From a bacterium (GTDB lineage: Bacteria; Electryoneota; JAOADG01): DNA of 64,000 nt. Location: assembly GCA_963681965.1 (NCBI GenBank), contig OY820579.1, positions 896,001-960,000 of the forward strand, read 5' to 3'. Below are positions 58,520 to 64,000 of the stretch, in pieces. The notes beneath the pieces were generated by a model that saw only the letters and a program-made list of their open reading frames with translations, was not told the DNA's origin and did not search any database. Both the position numbers and the translations under genes were made by a program. The stretch's first letter is position 1. Each line of letters starts with the position of its first letter.

Positions 58520-61500
58520 TTACCGGGTCGAATCGGCATTCGCCTGTTGCAGACTTTGCCAATAGCTACGGATCCGTTGTTGCCAAAGCGGATCGACACC
58601 CATCCGCGATAAGTCGAGTAAGCGTTGACGTAATTGGTTTTCAATACTGCTCGCATCGAAATTAACATTCACTCTACCGCCGAGTTCACTACCAGTTTTC
58701 GATTCCCGCTTTTGAGTATAGTCTTGTCGTTGCAACGAGCGTTGCGCATCGAGCAGCCGCGTGAGGATCCGTTGCTGAAGCCGCTGTGTGCGGTCGGTAA
58801 TGGTCTTATCGCGTAACTGTTTTTCCGATTCACTCATCTGGTCGCCGATACCATTCAGTCGACCTGTCAGTTCCTTCATCTGTTGCGCTTGTTGTTCGAG
58901 TTGATTCATCATCTGCGATAACGCGCCCTGTTCGGCGGCAAGCTGCTGCAATCCACCATTCATTCCCGGCATTGGCGTCGTTCCACCGGGGCGGGATCCA
59001 CCGGGCGAATCCATCGGTTGATCGCCACCACCCGGCATCGGCATACCCTGTTCCCCCGACATCTCGCCGGTTTTATCGTTGATCTCCGCTTGACGTCGCG
59101 CCATTTCGGACAATGCCCGCATCATCTCTTCATAACCGGTCGAGGAAGAACTCTTCTGCATCTCACCCATCGCTTGCATCAATAACGCCGCACCTTGTGT
59201 CATGGCGCCGCGAGCACCGATTTGAGCGGGTTTGGCAACACCGGTCATGCGCTCGGTGATCGACCGCGAGGCGCTGCCCATTGCTTCCTGAGCGTTGCGC
59301 AATTCGCCCATCAGCGTGCGAGGCAGAAAGAATGTCTCGCGACCCAGTGCAGCAATGCTGTCCATGGTGATGCCGAGACCACGACGGATCGCTTCCTGAC
59401 GTTCTGCCATTGTGCGAGCCTGTGGAGTGCGCGCGTCAAGTACGCTGTACTGTTCGGTAAGAACATCTTGAGTCTTGGATAATTCCAATAATTCGCCGAT
59501 GCGCCGTCCCATCTTATCGGCTAGATCGTTCTTGGCGTTTTCCCGCAATTTCTTATTCATCTGAGCAATCTGCTCCGCCAGCTTTTCGGCACGCTGAGCA
59601 CCCTGTTTGGCATTCTGTTTACCGGAGCTGGGTTGGTTTTGTTGCAGCGAATTCGCGGATTGCCGCAATGGTTGCGAGGCAGCCTGATCGGACTTCTCGG
59701 CATCGCGCAACGTCTGGGCGTCTGATGGATCCAAGTGCGGACTTTTCGCGGCATCGTCGGCGGTTTTCGCTGCTTGCTCTTCCAGCGCTTTACTCTCGTT
59801 GGAAAGCTTCCCTTGCTCTTTCGATAGTGAATCTTGCTTTGCCGGATTATGACTGGCTGAATCGACTGATAGATCATTGCGGCGTGCTTGTTCGGCAACT
59901 TTCTTCGACCACTGTTCTAACATATCGAGTCGCCGTTCCAACCGAAGCTGTTCAAGCAGTGCCAGCGTGCGGTCGAGTTTCTCCTTCCACTCTTTCTGGT
60001 CGATTTGGAATTGCTGCATTGCCGCTTTGATCTGATTTTGATCTAGTTTCTTAACCGCTTCTTGTAGTTGTTTTAGAGCATCTTTCAGCTCGGGAGAAGC
60101 CAATTCTTCCATCAGTTCTTGCAAGCGCGAGAGCTTTTCCATGGTTTCTTTTGCTGCAGCGCCACTCTCTTCCATTTTTTTCGATAACTGTCGCAATTCT
60201 TTGGCGGCTTTCTCGGCGCGTTCGACAAGTTCCTGCTGGCGCTCTCCGGCGGAGCGCAGTTGCTCCTGCTCTTCGTGCGAGAGTTCGCCTTTTCGCTTGA
60301 TCTTTTGAGCCAACGCTTCCAAGGATTGCGCAACCCGCTCGCCGTTTTTCGATAGCGACTCAAGTTCCGAGGCGACGGCATCGTGTGCCGCTTCCGACTC
60401 TTCCAGCCAATGCTCAAGCGATGGTACTTTCATCCGCCGAATTTCGGAGACACCTCGACCGGGACCGCTAATATTGTTGCCGTCGAATGCGGTAACGAAA
60501 AATTCAATCCCATCGTCGGGAATCAAATCGTAACGACTGGCATCCCACTCCGATGCAATTCCTGCACTAGCAGGTTCGATCTTCTGAAAAGGAATTTTTA
60601 GTGAATCCCAATTCCCCGGTTGATTGGCTTTGACTGATCGGAAAACCAGATACATTGCACCAATTCCGAAATCGTCGTCGGCACGCGCAATGATCGGAAT
60701 TTGAAAACTACCGGGAATATTGCCGTCGACTTCCGGAGCAAGCAATGTTACCCGCGGCGATTCATCCGGTAATAATTCAAAGCGGAGCGGTGGTGGTGGT
60801 GCCCCGTCGCGCTGATTGTTGTCGCGAAGCACAAGTTGTAATATTCCCGCTTTGCGGATGGTGAAATTCGCTTGTAACGATCGAGAAGTATACTTCACGC
60901 CAATTGTATCGATACTTGTCCCGGAATTCCATAACAACATCGCGACACCGATGTCACCGGTTGTCTTTGCTGTCCAGTCGATGCGAGTGCCGGCAAGTAC
61001 CGCTTGATCGCCACCACCGGAAGCCTCGCGCGGGGGTTGACCGCTGTAGCCGGGTGGAAGAATCGTCATTTTCGAATCGGTTAATCGGATACGATAGAAT
61101 GGGGTGAGTGACAATTTCTCGGAAGAAATTCCCTTAACTCGAGCGACTAATTCCATAACGCCAGAAGGGTTGGGTAGTCGGAGTTCCGCTTGATTCGCAG
61201 TGAAATGAAGCGGTATCGATTTTGTCCGGTCGGAATTCGATTCCGCGATCAGTACTTCACCATCGGTAGGTGGAATTGCTATTCCGCTTGGTATTAATTT
61301 TACGATGCGTGAGAGTGGTTCACCTGCCGGATAATTTTCGGTGTTATCGGTCCACTCCAACCGGAACGGCGCTGGCGGCTTGAAATCAGTTTGCGGTTGC
61401 AGCAATCGCGCCAGTGCGGAACTGCCTCCGGGTATCACAATAATTATCGTTAAGAATATTGCAGTGATTGCCATTCGACGGTAAAACTTACGCATCGGTG

Positions 61501-61924
61501 ATTGCCAATCGAAACAGGATTCCGGAGATAATGCGGCTAGTTCGGATTCAAGCCGTTCCACTGCCCAAGCGGAAAGTGAAGAAGGATCGGTCTGTAATTC
61601 CACGGCATTCAATAGACGACCGTGTCCACCGGGAATGTGTCGAAAAAATCGTGCAAGAGTCCCATCGTCGGGGGTCGTGTTCTGGAGCATTCGCCAGCGT
61701 GCATATCCTGTGTACGCGAGTCCGGCAAGTAGCGGTAAACTTGTGACGAACAAAAAGATCGTGCGGATGAGTGGAGCGAAATGAAATAAATTTTCCAGCA
61801 ACAGTGTCACCGCACCGCAGCTTACCGCAACCGGAAGTGCAAAAGTAATCGCATAGCGGTACCGTCGTCGCCACCACGCGGCACGATAGGAGCCTAACCA
61901 ACGATGAAGTGCACGTTCGGTCAT
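58520..61924 (-). CDS. DUF4175-like membrane-anchored coiled-coil protein
   Basis: N-terminal TM helices, DESPRV..ADDDFGI Ig-like region, long Q/E/K coiled coil and RILTRLLDA. Confidence 0.78.
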   Translation of the reverse strand: MTERALHRWLGSYRAAWWRRRYRYAITFALPVAVSCGAVTLLLENLFHFAPLIRTIFLFVTSLPLLAGLAYTGYARWRMLQNTTPDDGTLARFFRHIPGGHGRLLNAVELQTDPSSLSAWAVERLESELAALSPESCFDWQSPMRKFYRRMAITAIFLTIIIVIPGGSSALARLLQPQTDFKPPAPFRLEWTDNTENYPAGEPLSRIVKLIPSGIAIPPTDGEVLIAESNSDRTKSIPLHFTANQAELRLPNPSGVMELVARVKGISSEKLSLTPFYRIRLTDSKMTILPPGYSGQPPREASGGGDQAVLAGTRIDWTAKTTGDIGVAMLLWNSGTSIDTIGVKYTSRSLQANFTIRKAGILQLVLRDNNQRDGAPPPPLRFELLPDESPRVTLLAPEVDGNIPGSFQIPIIARADDDFGIGAMYLVFRSVKANQPGNWDSLKIPFQKIEPASAGIASEWDASRYDLIPDDGIEFFVTAFDGNNISGPGRGVSEIRRMKVPSLEHWLEESEAAHDAVASELESLSKNGERVAQSLEALAQKIKRKGELSHEEQEQLRSAGERQQELVERAEKAAKELRQLSKKMEESGAAAKETMEKLSRLQELMEELASPELKDALKQLQEAVKKLDQNQIKAAMQQFQIDQKEWKEKLDRTLALLEQLRLERRLDMLEQWSKKVAEQARRNDLSVDSASHNPAKQDSLSKEQGKLSNESKALEEQAAKTADDAAKSPHLDPSDAQTLRDAEKSDQAASQPLRQSANSLQQNQPSSGKQNAKQGAQRAEKLAEQIAQMNKKLRENAKNDLADKMGRRIGELLELSKTQDVLTEQYSVLDARTPQARTMAERQEAIRRGLGITMDSIAALGRETFFLPRTLMGELRNAQEAMGSASRSITERMTGVAKPAQIGARGAMTQGAALLMQAMGEMQKSSSSTGYEEMMRALSEMARRQAEINDKTGEMSGEQGMPMPGGGDQPMDSPGGSRPGGTTPMPGMNGGLQQLAAEQGALSQMMNQLEQQAQQMKELTGRLNGIGDQMSESEKQLRDKTITDRTQRLQQRILTRLLDAQRSLQRQDYTQKRESKTGSELGGRVNVNFDASSIENQLRQRLLDLSRMGVDPLWQQRIRSYWQSLQQANADSTR

Positions 61925-62104
61925 GAATTCCCGGTTATTGGATCAGCGTAAATTACACCACAAAACGTCGTATTCCGAATAGTGTCAAGTATCGGATGAA
62001 TACCCTGCTACTCATTATACGTGTATGGAACGCAATCGGTTCAAGTGTCTAAAACAGCAACAGCGGATGAAGTAATCCGCTGCTTATATGATTGCAGAAG
62101 AAGA

Positions 62105-62548
62105 TTAGTGATTGCCGTATTTCCTGACCACGCCAGTGACCACTCCGAACATCGAGAAATCGTTTTGAGGTCGGATGATCCCGTATTTTTTATTGGCAGC
62201 TTGTAAGTAGTAGCCCTGATCGTCTTTACCGAGGTATTTGATGGTGTAATTGCCATCGACATTTGCCACGACGATTTGACCGGGAACCGCATCGGGTCGC
62301 CGCTCGACAATGACCAGATCACCGGCAAGTATGCCCGCGTCCTTCATGCTGTCGCCGGTAACACGCAACAGAACGGTTCGATTGGGGGAGCGGATCAAGT
62401 ACTGATCGAGTGAAATGGTGTCACTGAGAAAATCGGTCGCAGGAGAGGGAAATCCCGCCGGGATATTTTCGAATACCGGGAGATATGGAGCGGTTTGCTC
62501 TTCGGTAACTTTAAAGATTACTGGTTCTGCTGGTACAGCTTTACGCAT
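62105..62548 (-). CDS. umuD: UmuD-like S24 autoprotease
   Basis: IPAGFPSPA cleavage region, VTGDSM (Ser) and TIK (Lys); no HTH domain. Confidence 0.8.
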   Translation of the reverse strand: MRKAVPAEPVIFKVTEEQTAPYLPVFENIPAGFPSPATDFLSDTISLDQYLIRSPNRTVLLRVTGDSMKDAGILAGDLVIVERRPDAVPGQIVVANVDGNYTIKYLGKDDQGYYLQAANKKYGIIRPQNDFSMFGVVTGVVRKYGNH

Positions 62549-62576
62549 TTTAATACCTGATTTACACTAGAAAACA

Positions 62577-64000
62577 TTAGAACATATAGCCAAATCTGAA
62601 GTTATACAAAGTACGATGAGTTCCGGTGCCGTGAATCGTCAATTCGAGCGGTCCGGCGATGGTTAGCCACCCTCCGGTCACGCCCCACCCCGCTTCGTAT
62701 TGTTTCCGGTCGAATTTCCATTGCCATTTGTCGAACACATTTCCGGCATTTCCTCGCAACAACAGGAAACGTTTGGGTAAGAATTCCCATTGCAAACCCA
62801 TCCGAATCGACTGACGGGCATGACCCCAGCTTTCGCGGTAATTCCATCCCATGAAATCGTCGACACCACCGAGCCAGAACACTGATCCTTCAGGAATTTC
62901 AGGTCCGGTAATCGCGCCGACGGAGTATCCACCGGACAACGTCCAATCGTGTTTGATCGGGAGGTGTCCGGAAAAATTCGATTGGATCGATCGAAATGTT
63001 CGACGGCATCCTAGTTTTCGATCGGAGATCTGACCCAGCAGATTGAAGAGGATCCCGTCGCTCGGATAAACCGACCGGTCAAGTGTTTCCACTGCAATCG
63101 CACTATTAATGGTATAGAAACTTTCAGTTGTTCGAACGGGTTGTCCGATAACAGGATTGCGCACATCGACCGTATTGTAATCGAATTCTACTCCGCCACC
63201 GCCGACAAACGAAGTCGAATAAAGGGTACCCGCATAGATTTCCGCGCGGGAATTGCGCACCCTTAGCTCGGTATAAGGCGAGTATTCTGTTTGCGTCATC
63301 ATGTCGGTGCGCTCATGATCGAGGAGAAACTGCATCCCGAAGCGCGGTCGGCTGTCAGTCATGACGTAATGGGACAAATTGTAGTGTTCGGCATTGCCTA
63401 GCACGATATCAAGTGTAGTCATAGTACCACGCCATGCGATATTGCGCAGCGTAACATTCAATATTGCCGCTGCTTTAATATCACTGTCGTAATGGAAGCC
63501 AAAGCGCAGCAAATCGGTCTTTTTTTCGACCACTTTCACGACCAGATCGTTGCCTTCCGCGTTATCTCGCAGTTTATATCCGACCCGTTCATAGAAACCG
63601 GTGCTATACACCCGGTTTATTGCTTTTTCAAGTTGATCTACGGTTACTTTTTTCGGTGCTTCCAGATCCAGCCGCGATGCGACCAGATTGCGAGTCGTCT
63701 TGTCCAATCCTTCGATATCGATGTTGGTAATATTAACCGAATCGGCAGGTTGAAAGAATTCGCGTTCGATTTGATCGTATTGATTGAGTGAATCCGCCAA
63801 TAATATGAGTTTCGGCAGTTGCAATCGAGCAGCATCTTCGCCGCGTTGGATGATGGCGGCGCAGCGATTGAAATCGAGGATTTTCAGGTCGCCAACATAC
63901 GGTTGAATTAGCAGATTGCTCAATTTGCGTTGCTGCTGATTGACGCTGGCATCGCGGAAACTGATGCTTTGGGCAATGATATCGACCAGATTGGTGATGT
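62577..64000 (-). CDS. 3' part of a patatin-POTRA-Omp85 (PlpD-like) protein; starts outside the window
   Basis: The frame is open to the window edge; LLIQP..DF....IIQRGE linker, POTRA domain and barrel ending FRFGYMF. The patatin domain itself is outside the window (inferred). Confidence 0.78.
   Translation of the reverse strand, partial: ITNLVDIIAQSISFRDASVNQQQRKLSNLLIQPYVGDLKILDFNRCAAIIQRGEDAARLQLPKLILLADSLNQYDQIEREFFQPADSVNITNIDIEGLDKTTRNLVASRLDLEAPKKVTVDQLEKAINRVYSTGFYERVGYKLRDNAEGNDLVVKVVEKKTDLLRFGFHYDSDIKAAAILNVTLRNIAWRGTMTTLDIVLGNAEHYNLSHYVMTDSRPRFGMQFLLDHERTDMMTQTEYSPYTELRVRNSRAEIYAGTLYSTSFVGGGGVEFDYNTVDVRNPVIGQPVRTTESFYTINSAIAVETLDRSVYPSDGILFNLLGQISDRKLGCRRTFRSIQSNFSGHLPIKHDWTLSGGYSVGAITGPEIPEGSVFWLGGVDDFMGWNYRESWGHARQSIRMGLQWEFLPKRFLLLRGNAGNVFDKWQWKFDRKQYEAGWGVTGGWLTIAGPLELTIHGTGTHRTLYNFRFGYMF

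Noticed and set aside
1-64000. Genome-wide TGA reassignment; CRISPR, tRNA, rRNA, transposase or prophage
   Set aside because: Conserved genes such as trxB, gltX, glgC and cydAB end normally at TGA and Trp uses TGG; no arrays, RNA genes or mobility genes were recognised.

Overview
64 kb of chromosome from a Gram-negative bacterium, about 48-50% GC, standard code 11. SprA plus four T9SS C-terminal-domain cargo proteins point to the FCB superphylum, probably outside Bacteroidota (inference). Contents: housekeeping genes (pepA partial, mfd, gltX, glgC); redox and oxygen-defence genes (TlpA/Prx-like redoxin, ahpC, trxB, Rieske protein, mini-ferritin plus FNR, Rrf2-cydAB); a heptose cluster (hddA-gmhA-gmhB-transaldolase-GT2) lacking its nucleotidyltransferase, divergent from DUF4301; an outer-membrane/T9SS block (sprA, lipoprotein, beta-barrels, Omp85-like, DUF4175, patatin-Omp85); and an orphan UmuD. 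No rRNA, tRNA, CRISPR array, transposase or prophage was seen. Best leads: (1) a hidden selenoprotein, where the redoxin's TGA is followed by a bacterial SECIS-like hairpin; (2) a ~110-bp non-autonomous element with terminal inverted repeats in four copies, three carrying a GTAG-REP hairpin and one lacking it; (3) strong enrichment of D-[S/T]-hydrophobic O-glycosylation sequons in exported proteins; (4) DUF4301 as the candidate missing heptose nucleotidyltransferase; (5) TCGA excess with GGCC avoidance. All counts were made by hand.
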